Positions 8,262 through 18,766 of a DNA stretch of 64,000 bases are shown in pieces. The translations under genes and the position numbers were made by a program. Each line of letters begins with the position of its first letter. The first letter of the stretch is position 1. The notes below the pieces were generated by a model. The model was not told where the DNA came from and searched no databases. It saw only the letters and a list, made by a program, of their open reading frames with translations. The DNA is taken from positions 1,536,001-1,600,000 of the forward strand of contig OZ242221.1 in NCBI GenBank assembly GCA_965206845.1, read 5' to 3'. This DNA is from Cenarchaeum sp. GTDB lineage: Archaea > Thermoproteota > Nitrososphaeria > Nitrososphaerales > Nitrosopumilaceae.

Positions 8262-11200
8262 ATGATGAAGGCGCTTATAGTGGTGCTCGCGCTAGTGCTA
8301 CCTAGTTTGCTGGGCTACGCCCTTGCGACACCCTCCATCGCCATGTCTCCTGTTGCGTTTGTGGCCGACGGGGTGGACGGGTTTGAGGAGCTTGGCGGGC
8401 CAAAAGGCATCACCACAGTCACGATCGGCTCCTCGACGTATGCCCTTGTTGCCGCATACGACGACGACGGCGTCCAGATAGTCGACATCACGGATCCCTT
8501 CAACCCGAGCCCCGTTGCGGCCGTAACCGACGGGGTGGACGGGTTTGAGGAGCTTCGCGGTGCGCGCGGCATCACCACCGCTACGGTCGGCTCCTCGACG
8601 TACGCACTTGTCACGGCAGCTGCCGGCGTCCAGATAATCGACATAACGACTCCCTCCAGCCCGGCCCCGACCGCGCACATAAGCGCTGCCTCTGCTGTCG
8701 CCCTCCGTGGCTCGTACGGCATCGCTACGTTTACAGTCGGATCCTCTGCGTATGCCATTGTCGCATCAAGCTCAGGCGGCATCCAGATAATCGACATCAC
8801 GGATCCCTCCAGCCCGGCCCCCGTCGCATCCATATTGGGCGGAAGCGAGCTCGGCGGGCTCGGCGGAGCGCGCGGCATCACCACGACCACGATCGGCTCC
8901 TCGACATACGCCCTTGTTGCCGTATCCAGCGAAGACGCCGTCCAGATAATCGACATTACAGATCCCTTCAACCCGAGCCCCATTGCAGCCGTACGCAGTA
9001 GTCAAGATAACAGGCTTGACGGCGCAACTGGCATCACCACCGCCACCATTGGCTCCTCTACATACGCCCTTGTTACGGCGCAGTACGATAACGCCGTCCA
9101 GATAATCAACATCACGGATCCCTCCAGCCCGGACTCCGTTGCATTCGCGCAGGACGGAAGCGGTGGGTTTGACAAACTTGAATATCCTGAGAGCATCGCC
9201 GTCGTCACGTTCGACTCCTCGACGTACGCCATCGTCGCGGCATTCCTGGACGGCATCCAGATAATAAACATCACGGATCCCTCCAACCCCAGCCCTGCAG
9301 CCTCTGTGGACAGCAATGACGCCAGATTTGGCGGCTTTCCGCTTCCCGAAGACATCGCCGTCGTCACGATAGACTCCAGGACGTACGCCCTTGCCGCATC
9401 CTATTTTGGTAACGGTGTCCAGATAATCGATGTAGCCCTCACCTCCGGCCCGCTGCTAACGTCGGCCGTCTTGGACGAGGGAACAGGCATCTTGGAGATC
9501 GAATTTGCGAGTGCAGTCGATGTCACTCCCGCAGGCATGGCTGATCTGTCCGGATTGACCATCCGTGGTTCCGGACAGTCCGTTTCGCTGGCCGGGGCGA
9601 CGCTGGGAACCGAGGCGGACTCCACCGTAATCTCCATCGAGCTGACCGAGGGCCAGGGCCGCTCAGTCGCCGCCATGGCGTCCCCGCGGTTGGATGTGGC
9701 AGACTCTGCCGTGACAGGAACGGACGGCAACCCGATCGAACAATCGTTAGGCAATACCGTCACCGTAAACGATGACGCGGCGCCTGGGGTCGTATCTGCG
9801 GCCTTTGACGGGGAGGGCAGCATCCTGACTATCACGTTTTCAGACAGGATCGACGTCACGCCTGCCCGCATGGTTTACCTGGGAGGGATGACCGTCAGCG
9901 GCTCCGGGCAGTCCGTTTCGCTGGCAGGGGCGACTTTGGGAACGGAGGCCGACTCTGCTGTAATCTCCATCGTGCTGACCGAGAGCCAAGGCAGCTCAGT
10001 CGTCGCCATGGTGTCCCCGCTGTTGGCCATAGGCCACTATGACGTAGTAGACACGGATGGCAACCCGATCGCGTCTTCGTCCGGCAATGCCATCTCCATA
10101 AACAGTGTAAACGAGATTCCGACCGTCACATCGATCGAGCGGAGCGACCCGACAACGGAGACCGCCTCCGCGCAGACCCTTGTCTTTGCTGTGACCTTCA
10201 GCGAAAACGTGGCCGGCGTGGACCAGGCAGACTTTGCGCTGTCGCCTGGTAGCACCGGGGCGGGAAGCATAGCAAACCTGACCGGCTCCGGCAGCCGGTA
10301 CCTCGTGACCGTCTCGGTCACGCGGGACGGGACATACAATCTCGACATCGCACAGAACAACAACATCACCGATGCCACGGGCAATCCTCTGGCAGGCGAC
10401 GACCCGTTGCCGGATCAGTCGTTCACTGTGGTGACTGTAAACACGGCACGTGAAGTAGGCGGGATCACCCTGACCAGCACCCAGCCCGGGACGATCCAGA
10501 TAACCTGGGAGGCTCCCAGCGAGGCGCCCAAGGACTACCGCGTGGTGTGGGCCAAGGCGGGCGAGAACTTTCTGCCGCGGAGTGACCTAGCAGGCAACGC
10601 TTTTCCGACCTCTCCTAACCACACCATCACGGATCTAGAGGAGGGTGAAGAGTACAAGGTAAAGGTGCGCGCCCGATACTACAGCGGCGGGCCCGGGGAC
10701 TGGAGCGGCGTGGTCACCCCCATGCTTGCCGTAATCCCGGACCAGACCGTTGACGCCGGCCCCGACCAGACCGTCATGGAGGGCCAGACGGTTGCACTGA
10801 ACGGCACTGCCGCCGACATCAACGGTGATCCGCTGACCTACTCGTGGATCCACGACTCGGCCCTGGCCATACAGTTTGCTAACGCCACCTCTCCGTCCAC
10901 CACCTTTACCGCGCCTGCAGTCTACGCGGACACTGCAGTGACCTTCACGCTGACTGTCAATGACGGCAACAGCACCGCCTCCGACCAGATGACAGTTACC
11001 ATCGCCCACAACGACCCGCCGACCTTCGTCACGTCTGAATTTGACACTGACGCGGGGGTGCTGACGATCACCTTTTCAGAAACGATAGACGTGGCAAACG
11101 TAGTCCCTGCCAAGATGCACGTAAGGGAGTCGGGGAATTACACGCACGGCACAACCCTGACTGCCGGCGAGCTTGTCACTGTCGCCGACGGCGCCACGAT

Positions 11201-14200
11201 CTCGTTTACCCTCACTGAACCGCACCGCACGGCAGTCGCGAGACTGGCCGCGCCGGAACTGACGATCGAGCCGGGGGCGGTGCGGGACGCGTCTGGCAAC
11301 CTCATAGTCGGCACCTTTGATGCCTCCACCCGAACGTTCGTTGACGCCACCAGCATCCGACCACAGGAAAACGCTCCAACAGACATCGCGTTCTCAAACG
11401 ACGGCACCAAGATGTTTGTGATGGGCACTGTCGGAGACGACGTAAACGAATACACGCTGTCCACCCCGTTTGATGCCTCCACCCGAACGTTCGTTGACGC
11501 CACCCCCATATCATCAGAAGAAACTCTTCCAACAGACATGGTGTTCTCAAACGACGGCACCAAGATGTTCGTGATAGGCACTGACGGAGCCGACGTAAAC
11601 GAGTACACGCTGTCCACCCCGTTCGATGCCTCCACCCTAACGTTCGTTGACGCCACCTCCATATCGTCACAGGACGGCCAACCACGAGGCATGGCGTTCT
11701 CAAACGACGGCACCAAGATGTTCGTGCTAGGCAATGCCGGAGACGACGTAAACGAGTACACGCTGTCCACCCCGTTCGATGCCTCCACCCTAACGTTCGT
11801 TGACGCCACCTCCATATCGTCACAGGTAGTCAGACCACAAGGCATCGCGTTCTCAAACGACGGCACCAAGATGTTCGTGCTAGGCAATGCCGGAGACGAC
11901 GTAAACGAATACGCGCTGTCCACCCCGTTCGATGCCTCCACCCTAACGTTCGTTGACGCCACCTCCATATCATCAGAAGAAACTTTTCCAACAGGCATGG
12001 TGTTCTTAAACGACGGCACCAAGATGTTCATAATAGGCATTATCGGAGACGACGTAAACGAATACGATCTGAGCTCCGTCTATCCAATTACGGTGACAAG
12101 GACGCCACCGATCTTTGTCGCGTCCGAACTTGACATTGACGCGGGGGTGCTGACGATTACCTTTTCAGAAACGATAGACGCGGCAAGTATAGTTCCGGCC
12201 AAGATCCACGTAAGGGAGTCGGGGAATTACACGCACGGCACAACCCTGACTGCCGGCGAGCTTGTCACTGTCGCCGACGGCGCCACGATCTCGTTTACCC
12301 TCGCTGAACCGCACCGCGCCGCAGTCGCGAGACTGGCCACGCCGGAACTGACGATCGAGCCGGGGGCGGTACGGGACGCGTCTGGCAACCTCATCGTCGG
12401 CACCTTTGATGTCTCCACCCAAACGTTCGTTGACGCCACCGACATCTCATCACAGGAAACCCAACCACGAGACATCGCGTTCTCAAACGACGGCACCAAG
12501 ATGTTCATAGTAGGCGATGTCAGAGACAACGTAAACGAATACACGCTGTCCACCCCGTTCGATGCCTCTACCAGAACGTTCGTTGACGCCACCAGCATCC
12601 GAGCACAGGACGGCGATCCACGAGGCATGGCGTTCTCAAACGACGGCACCAAGATGTTCGTGATAGGCTATAACGGAGACAACGTAAACGAGTACGCGCT
12701 GTCCGCCCCGTTCGATGCATCCACCCTGACGTTCGTTGACGCCACCAGCATCCGAGCACAGGAAGACGATGCACGAAGTGTAGCGTTCTCAAACGACGGC
12801 ACCAAGATGTTCGTGATGGGCGTTGTCGGAGACGACGTAAACGAATACACGCTGTCCACCCCGTTTGATGCCTCCACCCGAACGTTCGTTGACGCCACCT
12901 CCATATCATCAGAGGAAACTTTTCCAACAGGCATGGTGTTCTCAAACGACGGCACCAAGATGTTCGTGATAGGCTGGGAAGAGTACGTAAACGAGTACGC
13001 GCTGTCCACCCCGTTCGATGCCTCCACCCGAACGTACGTTGACGACACCTCCATATCATCAGAGGAAGTCGATTCACAAGGCATCGCGTTCTCAAACGAC
13101 GGCGCCAAGATGTTCATAATAGGCATTATCGGAGACGACGTAAACGAATACGATCTGAGCTCCGTCTATCCCGTTACGGTGACAAGGGCGCCCCCGATGA
13201 CTGCCGGGGCGCTTGTCACCCTGTGGAACGTGGCAGCCAGTCCGCACACGATCTCCATGCCCCTGAATGTGCATTCCGGGGGAACGCTTTCCATAGACTG
13301 GGGCGACAACAGCACTGACACTGTCGCCGCCAACGGCACGCAGTCGCACACGTACGCGGTCCCGGGCGAGTACCGGGTGTCCATGACCGGAGACCTTGCC
13401 AGGATAAACCTGGCCGCTACCGGTTCCACGGCATCCAAGCTGGCATCCATCGACCAGTGGGGCGACATAGAATGGTCCTCCATGAAAGGCGCGTTCTGGG
13501 GAGCCTCCGGCATGGAATACAAGGCAGCCGACGCGCCGGACCTGTCGCGCGTGGCCTCGATGCAGAACATGTTCCGTGCCGCTGCCTCCTTTGATGGCGG
13601 CCTGTCCTCTTGGAACGTCTCGGCCGTGGCCAACATGGACGGCGCGTTCCGCGGCGCCTCGGCGTTCAAAGGAGACATCTCTACTTGGGACATGTCCGGC
13701 GTGACTGACATGAGGACGATGTTCCAGGACACCGCCGCCTTCAACGGCGACATCTCCGGCTGGAACGTCTCGTCGGTGACCAACATGAATTCCATGTTCT
13801 CAGGCGCCTCCTCCTTCGACCAACCCCTCGACTCCTGGAACGTCTCGTCGGTGACCAACATGAATTCCATGTTCTCAGGCGCCTCCTCCTTCAACCAACC
13901 CCTCGACTCCTGGAACGTCTCGTCGGTGGAAGACACGTCCTACATGTTCTCAGGCGCCACCGCCTTCAACCAGCCCCTTGACTTCTGGGACGTCTCGTCT
14001 GTGACCGACATGAACAGCATGTTTGGCTTGGCCACCTCCTTTGACGGCGACATATCTGACTGGGTCGTCTCGTCTGTGACCGACATGAACAGCATGTTCT
14101 CTGGTGCCGACTCCTTTGACCAAAACTTGGGCAAATGGTACATCGTGCTTAATGACATGACCATCGACTATAATGATGCACCAGGAATTGTCGGAAGCAT

Positions 14201-16994
14201 ATCCGCGCAAAACTCGTTCCTTGACGGACAGAACCCCGTATACGGCATAGGCTCAGGCGATGACTCTCATTCTTTTGAACTGAACGGTTCCAGCCTCGTT
14301 CTGAAGGCAGTCCCTGCAAAGCGCACGTATACCGTGAACGTGACCTCGGTGGGGGACTTTGGCACGGGAAACTCTAAAATGATCGAGATAACAGTATCCG
14401 GCTTTAACACCTCACCCACAGTCAACGCCGGAGAAGACCAGGCCGTCCAGGATGGAACCACCGTCACGCTCTCCGGCACGGCTGCCGATAATGACGGCGA
14501 CCAGCTGACGTACGCGTGGTCGCATGACTCGACCCTGCCAATCGTCTTTGCCAACGACGCCTCGCTGTCGACTACCTTTACCGCCCCGGCAGTCGACGCG
14601 GACACGGAAATAACATTCACGCTGACTGCCGATGATGGAACCGTCACTGCCTCAGACTCGCTTGCAGTCACAGTCACTGACGTGCCAACTGTCAACAGCG
14701 ATCCCGTTGTCGACGCCGGCCCAGACCAGACCGTGGACGAGGGATACTTGGTAACACTCAACGCCACTGTCACCGATGCCGACGGCGACAACATGACCTA
14801 CTCGTGGACACACGACTCGCCTTTGGCCATCCAGCTGGTCAATTCGACCTTCCTCTCCACCACCTTTACCGCTCCGGCAGTCGACGCGGACACGGAAATA
14901 ACATTCACGCTGACCGCCGATGACGGAACCGTCACTGCCTCAGACTCGCTTGCAGTCACAGTCACTGACGTGCCAACTGTCAACAGCCCGCCTGTTGCCA
15001 ATGCCGGCCCCGACCAGGACGTCGCCGAAGGCTCCACCGTGAACCTTGACAGCACCGCGTCGGATTCGGACGCAGAGGACACCCTGACGTATTCCTGGTC
15101 GCACAACTCCACCCTGCCCATAACGCTTGACGACGGCGCGGCGCTTGACGCCTCCTTCACTGCCCCCAACGTCGACTCGGAGACTGTCATCGAGTTCACC
15201 CTGGAGGTGAATGACGGCACGGTCACGGTATTGGACACGATGCTGGTCACGATACAGGACAGCGCAAACTCTCCCCCGTCGGTGAACGCCGGCCCGGACA
15301 AGACCGTCCAAGAGGGCCAGGCAGTCACGCTCAACGGAACCGCCACCGATACCGACGGTGACGGTCTGACGTACGCGTGGAGCTACGACTCGTCCACGGA
15401 AATAACATTCAACGCCTCCTCGCCGGTTGCCACGTTTGCAGCGCCGCCGGTGGATGCCGACACGACAGTCACCTTCACGCTGGCAGTCTCCGACGGCTCG
15501 GCCAATTCCACCGACGCCGTTCTTGTCACCGTGATCGACGTGCCGGACGACTCGGACTTTGTCACGACGTGGGAGACTGCTGCGCCCGGTGAGTCCATAA
15601 CGATCCCGGCCCGCGGCACGTACACGATATCATGGGGCGACGGAACGGTGGACGCGGGAGTCACGGGCGACCAGACCCACGCGTACGACGTCCCCGGGAA
15701 CCACACGATCCGCATATCCAAGGGCATCACTGGAATCAACCTGGGCAACCATGCCGACGCGCCCAAGCTGAGATCGATAGACCAGTGGGGCGACGCCAAG
15801 TGGAGTACGATGTATTCCGCATTCAGGGACGCCTCAAACATGACATTGCGCGCGGCTGACGCGCCGGACCTCTCCCGTGTCAAGTACACCCAGTACATGT
15901 TCTTGAACGCCAGCTCCTTTGACGGCGACCTCTCCGCGTGGGACGTCTCGCATGTCACCAACATGGTGGGAATGTTCTGGGAGGCCAGCTCCTTTGACGG
16001 CGACCTCTCCGCGTGGGACGTCTCGAGCGTGACTGACATGTTTACCATGTTCTACAATGCCCGCTCCTTTGACGGCGACCTCTCCGCATGGGACGTCTCG
16101 AGCGTGACTGGCATGGCCAGCATGTTCCACGGCGCCTCGTCATTTGACGGAGACCTCTCCGCATGGGACGTCTCGTCGGTGACTGACACGTATGCCATGT
16201 TTTTGGCCGCGTCCTCCTTTGACGGCGACCTCTCCGGCTGGGACGTCTCGCGCGTGACTGACATGGCCGACATGTTCCGCTCTGCCTCGTCATTTGACGG
16301 CGACGTCTCCGGCTGGGACGTCTCGCGCGCGACCCGCATGAGTACCATGTTCTACCTCGCCGACTCGTTTGACCAGAACCTGGGGGAATGGTACATCGTG
16401 CTCGACGATGCCGCCATTGACCACAGCAGCGTCCCAGGGGAGGTGGGCAGGATCGCCGCACAGAACAGGTTCCTGGACGGCCATAACCCGGCATACGGCA
16501 TAGGCTCCGGGGGCGATTCGGCCCACTTCGAGATCGACGGCGACACCCTCAGGATGAAGTCGGTGCCTGACGGGCACGCCGGCCCGTACTCGGTCACCGT
16601 AACTTCCACCGGAGACTTTGGCACGGGCAACTCCCGCACCTTTGAGATATCCGTGACGGAAGGGGACGCCAACACGCCACCGGTGGCGCCGTCTGACCCA
16701 CGTGAAGTGGGCGGGATCACCGTGTCCAGCACCCAGCCCGGAACGATCCAAATCGATTGGGATGCCCCCAGCGAGCAGCCGCGGGAATACCGCGTCACGT
16801 GGGCCAAGTCCGGCGAGGACTTTCCGGACTGGAGGGATCTGGTAGGCAACGCGTTCCCCACTAGCACCTCCCAGACCATTACCGGCCTAGAGGAGGGTGA
16901 AGAGTACCAGGTCAAGGTGCGCGCCCGGTACGACAGCGGCGGCCCCGGGGGCTGGAGCGACACAGTCACCATCACAGTCGCGAGAACCGAGTAA
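8262..16994 (+). CDS. Giant secreted/surface protein (2910 aa): signal peptide, LVIVD-like propeller, Ig-like, FN3, PKD, two 5-repeat propeller arrays, two DUF285 blocks, C-terminal FN3
   Basis: Hydrophobic N-terminus, GVQIIDITDP repeats, FSNDGTKMFV repeats, WDVSSVTDM repeats and DAGPDQTV domains. Confidence 0.9.
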   Translation: MMKALIVVLALVLPSLLGYALATPSIAMSPVAFVADGVDGFEELGGPKGITTVTIGSSTYALVAAYDDDGVQIVDITDPFNPSPVAAVTDGVDGFEELRGARGITTATVGSSTYALVTAAAGVQIIDITTPSSPAPTAHISAASAVALRGSYGIATFTVGSSAYAIVASSSGGIQIIDITDPSSPAPVASILGGSELGGLGGARGITTTTIGSSTYALVAVSSEDAVQIIDITDPFNPSPIAAVRSSQDNRLDGATGITTATIGSSTYALVTAQYDNAVQIINITDPSSPDSVAFAQDGSGGFDKLEYPESIAVVTFDSSTYAIVAAFLDGIQIINITDPSNPSPAASVDSNDARFGGFPLPEDIAVVTIDSRTYALAASYFGNGVQIIDVALTSGPLLTSAVLDEGTGILEIEFASAVDVTPAGMADLSGLTIRGSGQSVSLAGATLGTEADSTVISIELTEGQGRSVAAMASPRLDVADSAVTGTDGNPIEQSLGNTVTVNDDAAPGVVSAAFDGEGSILTITFSDRIDVTPARMVYLGGMTVSGSGQSVSLAGATLGTEADSAVISIVLTESQGSSVVAMVSPLLAIGHYDVVDTDGNPIASSSGNAISINSVNEIPTVTSIERSDPTTETASAQTLVFAVTFSENVAGVDQADFALSPGSTGAGSIANLTGSGSRYLVTVSVTRDGTYNLDIAQNNNITDATGNPLAGDDPLPDQSFTVVTVNTAREVGGITLTSTQPGTIQITWEAPSEAPKDYRVVWAKAGENFLPRSDLAGNAFPTSPNHTITDLEEGEEYKVKVRARYYSGGPGDWSGVVTPMLAVIPDQTVDAGPDQTVMEGQTVALNGTAADINGDPLTYSWIHDSALAIQFANATSPSTTFTAPAVYADTAVTFTLTVNDGNSTASDQMTVTIAHNDPPTFVTSEFDTDAGVLTITFSETIDVANVVPAKMHVRESGNYTHGTTLTAGELVTVADGATISFTLTEPHRTAVARLAAPELTIEPGAVRDASGNLIVGTFDASTRTFVDATSIRPQENAPTDIAFSNDGTKMFVMGTVGDDVNEYTLSTPFDASTRTFVDATPISSEETLPTDMVFSNDGTKMFVIGTDGADVNEYTLSTPFDASTLTFVDATSISSQDGQPRGMAFSNDGTKMFVLGNAGDDVNEYTLSTPFDASTLTFVDATSISSQVVRPQGIAFSNDGTKMFVLGNAGDDVNEYALSTPFDASTLTFVDATSISSEETFPTGMVFLNDGTKMFIIGIIGDDVNEYDLSSVYPITVTRTPPIFVASELDIDAGVLTITFSETIDAASIVPAKIHVRESGNYTHGTTLTAGELVTVADGATISFTLAEPHRAAVARLATPELTIEPGAVRDASGNLIVGTFDVSTQTFVDATDISSQETQPRDIAFSNDGTKMFIVGDVRDNVNEYTLSTPFDASTRTFVDATSIRAQDGDPRGMAFSNDGTKMFVIGYNGDNVNEYALSAPFDASTLTFVDATSIRAQEDDARSVAFSNDGTKMFVMGVVGDDVNEYTLSTPFDASTRTFVDATSISSEETFPTGMVFSNDGTKMFVIGWEEYVNEYALSTPFDASTRTYVDDTSISSEEVDSQGIAFSNDGAKMFIIGIIGDDVNEYDLSSVYPVTVTRAPPMTAGALVTLWNVAASPHTISMPLNVHSGGTLSIDWGDNSTDTVAANGTQSHTYAVPGEYRVSMTGDLARINLAATGSTASKLASIDQWGDIEWSSMKGAFWGASGMEYKAADAPDLSRVASMQNMFRAAASFDGGLSSWNVSAVANMDGAFRGASAFKGDISTWDMSGVTDMRTMFQDTAAFNGDISGWNVSSVTNMNSMFSGASSFDQPLDSWNVSSVTNMNSMFSGASSFNQPLDSWNVSSVEDTSYMFSGATAFNQPLDFWDVSSVTDMNSMFGLATSFDGDISDWVVSSVTDMNSMFSGADSFDQNLGKWYIVLNDMTIDYNDAPGIVGSISAQNSFLDGQNPVYGIGSGDDSHSFELNGSSLVLKAVPAKRTYTVNVTSVGDFGTGNSKMIEITVSGFNTSPTVNAGEDQAVQDGTTVTLSGTAADNDGDQLTYAWSHDSTLPIVFANDASLSTTFTAPAVDADTEITFTLTADDGTVTASDSLAVTVTDVPTVNSDPVVDAGPDQTVDEGYLVTLNATVTDADGDNMTYSWTHDSPLAIQLVNSTFLSTTFTAPAVDADTEITFTLTADDGTVTASDSLAVTVTDVPTVNSPPVANAGPDQDVAEGSTVNLDSTASDSDAEDTLTYSWSHNSTLPITLDDGAALDASFTAPNVDSETVIEFTLEVNDGTVTVLDTMLVTIQDSANSPPSVNAGPDKTVQEGQAVTLNGTATDTDGDGLTYAWSYDSSTEITFNASSPVATFAAPPVDADTTVTFTLAVSDGSANSTDAVLVTVIDVPDDSDFVTTWETAAPGESITIPARGTYTISWGDGTVDAGVTGDQTHAYDVPGNHTIRISKGITGINLGNHADAPKLRSIDQWGDAKWSTMYSAFRDASNMTLRAADAPDLSRVKYTQYMFLNASSFDGDLSAWDVSHVTNMVGMFWEASSFDGDLSAWDVSSVTDMFTMFYNARSFDGDLSAWDVSSVTGMASMFHGASSFDGDLSAWDVSSVTDTYAMFLAASSFDGDLSGWDVSRVTDMADMFRSASSFDGDVSGWDVSRATRMSTMFYLADSFDQNLGEWYIVLDDAAIDHSSVPGEVGRIAAQNRFLDGHNPAYGIGSGGDSAHFEIDGDTLRMKSVPDGHAGPYSVTVTSTGDFGTGNSRTFEISVTEGDANTPPVAPSDPREVGGITVSSTQPGTIQIDWDAPSEQPREYRVTWAKSGEDFPDWRDLVGNAFPTSTSQTITGLEEGEEYQVKVRARYDSGGPGGWSDTVTITVARTE
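11320..13155 (+). repeat. Two arrays of five ~153-bp (51-aa) beta-propeller repeats
   Basis: ttctcaaacgacggcaccaagatgtt recurs at 11391, 11544, 11697 and onward with a 153-bp period. Confidence 0.85.
15288..16688 (+). repeat. ~1.4-kb near-identical copy of 4087-5487 (PKD + DUF285 block)
   Basis: Same sequence at a constant offset of 11,201 bp with only scattered differences. Confidence 0.9.
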
Positions 16995-17265
16995 GGCTCC
17001 ATTTGTAAATTTATCCAAAGCGACTGAGGCTGGCCTTCTCATCCATTGCTCCACTACGCCTGAGATCGCACCCATCAAGTTAGTGTTAGGGCGTAGTCGT
17101 GGCCATGGCAATCCGCTCACCTTCACAGAAATCCCGCACAATGCCGTATCTTGCCAAAACCAAATGTTATGGCGGCGTGGTCTCTGACGGAGACAGTAAT
17201 CCCAGATGTGCCAGATCTGGCACCTAATGCAAACAGATCAATGAGGGCGCGCCCAGACGATCCTT

Positions 17266-18663
17266 ATGTACTACCAAAAAGATCGCCTGAGACGCGATAT
17301 GATGAACAATGGCAAAATATATGAATCTGTTGAGAAGATGCTGAGGGAAAGCATCGTGCCGTCCGCCGAGGTCTCCAAAAGGTACAACGCGACATATGGA
17401 GCAAGCGACTTTAACGCCGGCATGCTGCATGCCGCGATGCTTGACACTTCGGTCGGCGGATGCAGCCTCGTCATGAGAGAAATCACGGCGCAGCCCATCG
17501 AGAATCCAAGATATTCGCGCCATTCTCCAAGCGGCGAGTGGTTTCGCGATATCCTGTCCAAGACGGACGAGGGCAAGGCGCTTGAGACTTTTAACCAGGC
17601 GGTAAGGGCACAGCTGGATGAGATTTGCCTGCTTGGCAGGTTGCCTGATGTGCTTGATGTGGCCATCGACATGCACCTGATACCGTGCCACAGCAAGAAA
17701 CTTGGCTCTGACCTGAGGGGTGGCGAGCGCAAGAGCGGCACCAACAGATTCGAGGCGTACATCACGGCGCAGTGCGTCAACTCCAAATCGCGGCTTATCC
17801 TTGCGGCCCTATACATGGACAAGTCTTCATCCGTGCACGAATCCCTGCGTAAAACCATCAATTTGTGCCTAGAAAACGCCTCTGCCGTCGGATCTAGGCT
17901 GGGACTGATCCTGATTGACAGGGGTTTCTTTTCAGTGAACTCGATATCCGAGATTGAGCGCCTTAGCCTTGAGTACCTGAGATGTGATTCGTAATTAGCA
18001 CGCAGGCATATTAGAGCACGATCTTTGGCATAATCATACGAAAGTTGCATGCTTTGGAGCACACATCTGTAAGATTATGGGCATCGAAGGCCCGATTCTT
18101 AATTGCGGATCATGTCTCTGATGCCGTGCACCAGAACCAGTAGGGTGAAAGACTCGCTGCGTAAGTTCGTGGCCAAGACGCTCGGCCACATCTCAAAATC
18201 CGACATGACGAATTCTGACAAGGTAACGGTTCAGTACCACATGATCATAACAAAGAAGAAGAGAGTAAGGAAGGAAAGTGAGAAGGCGAAGAACGGAAGC
18301 AAGAAGGCGAAAAAGGCGGACGCACCGGAAGATCGATACATTGCGTTTGCCACCAATGCCCCGTGGGTGGATGTGGAAGAATATTCCAAAAGGTGGACCA
18401 TCGAGACATGCTACAGACTGGTAGAGAACGCTAGGGCAAAGTCGTTCGGCAGCAGTAGGCCTGCCAGGCTTTTCTGCTTTCTGTACTCGCTGACGCTGTT
18501 TAACGCATGGGCGCTGGTAAACGCGCAGCTGGCAAGCTTTCTGAAGCTGCGTGGCGGAGTCCTTCCGGTGACGCAGCTGTATATGAAAATTGCCACGCTA
18601 ATAGCAATCTATCGGAATATTACGATTCAGCCCGAGCCACCGCCAGATCCCGTGGCTCCGTGA
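17266..18663 (+). pseudogene. ISH3-like DDE transposase interrupted by a MITE
   Basis: VAIDMH and LIDRGFFS are in the 5' part; FATN and YSKRWTIETCYR are in the 3' part. Removing 17980-18120 joins LSLEYL to MPCTR in frame. Confidence 0.85.
17980..18117. mobile_element. 138-bp MITE with a 3-bp CTG TSD
   Basis: Imperfect TIR AGATGTGATTCGTAATTA / TAATTGCGGATCATGTCT. CTG at 17977-17979 and 18118-18120. Confidence 0.85.
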
Positions 18664-18766
18664 GCACATCTGGGATTACTGAGATGGATGGAGGCAGATA
18701 TCAATGACTGACGACCCAGACAGAGGGCGACATGATTTTCATATACTACGCCAGTTCCGGAATGTG

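Larger units (their letters stand above)
17194..18681 (+). mobile_element. ISH3-like (IS4 superfamily) insertion sequence
   Basis: Perfect 18-bp TIR CAGTAATCCCAGATGTGC (17194-17211) / GCACATCTGGGATTACTG (18664-18681). AGA flanks both sides. Confidence 0.85.

Noticed and set aside
11320-16688. Diversity-generating retroelement (template/variable repeat pair)
   Set aside because: No reverse transcriptase is present, all copies are in-frame coding, and the differences are not restricted to adenines.
201-17002. Many antisense and alternate-frame ORFs over the giant genes
   Set aside because: Shadow ORFs expected from GC-rich repetitive coding sequence, with no protein-like features.
17191-18684. 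Canonical 4-5-bp TSD for the ISH3-like element
   Set aside because: Only AGA is shared on both flanks, which could be chance, so it was not relied on.
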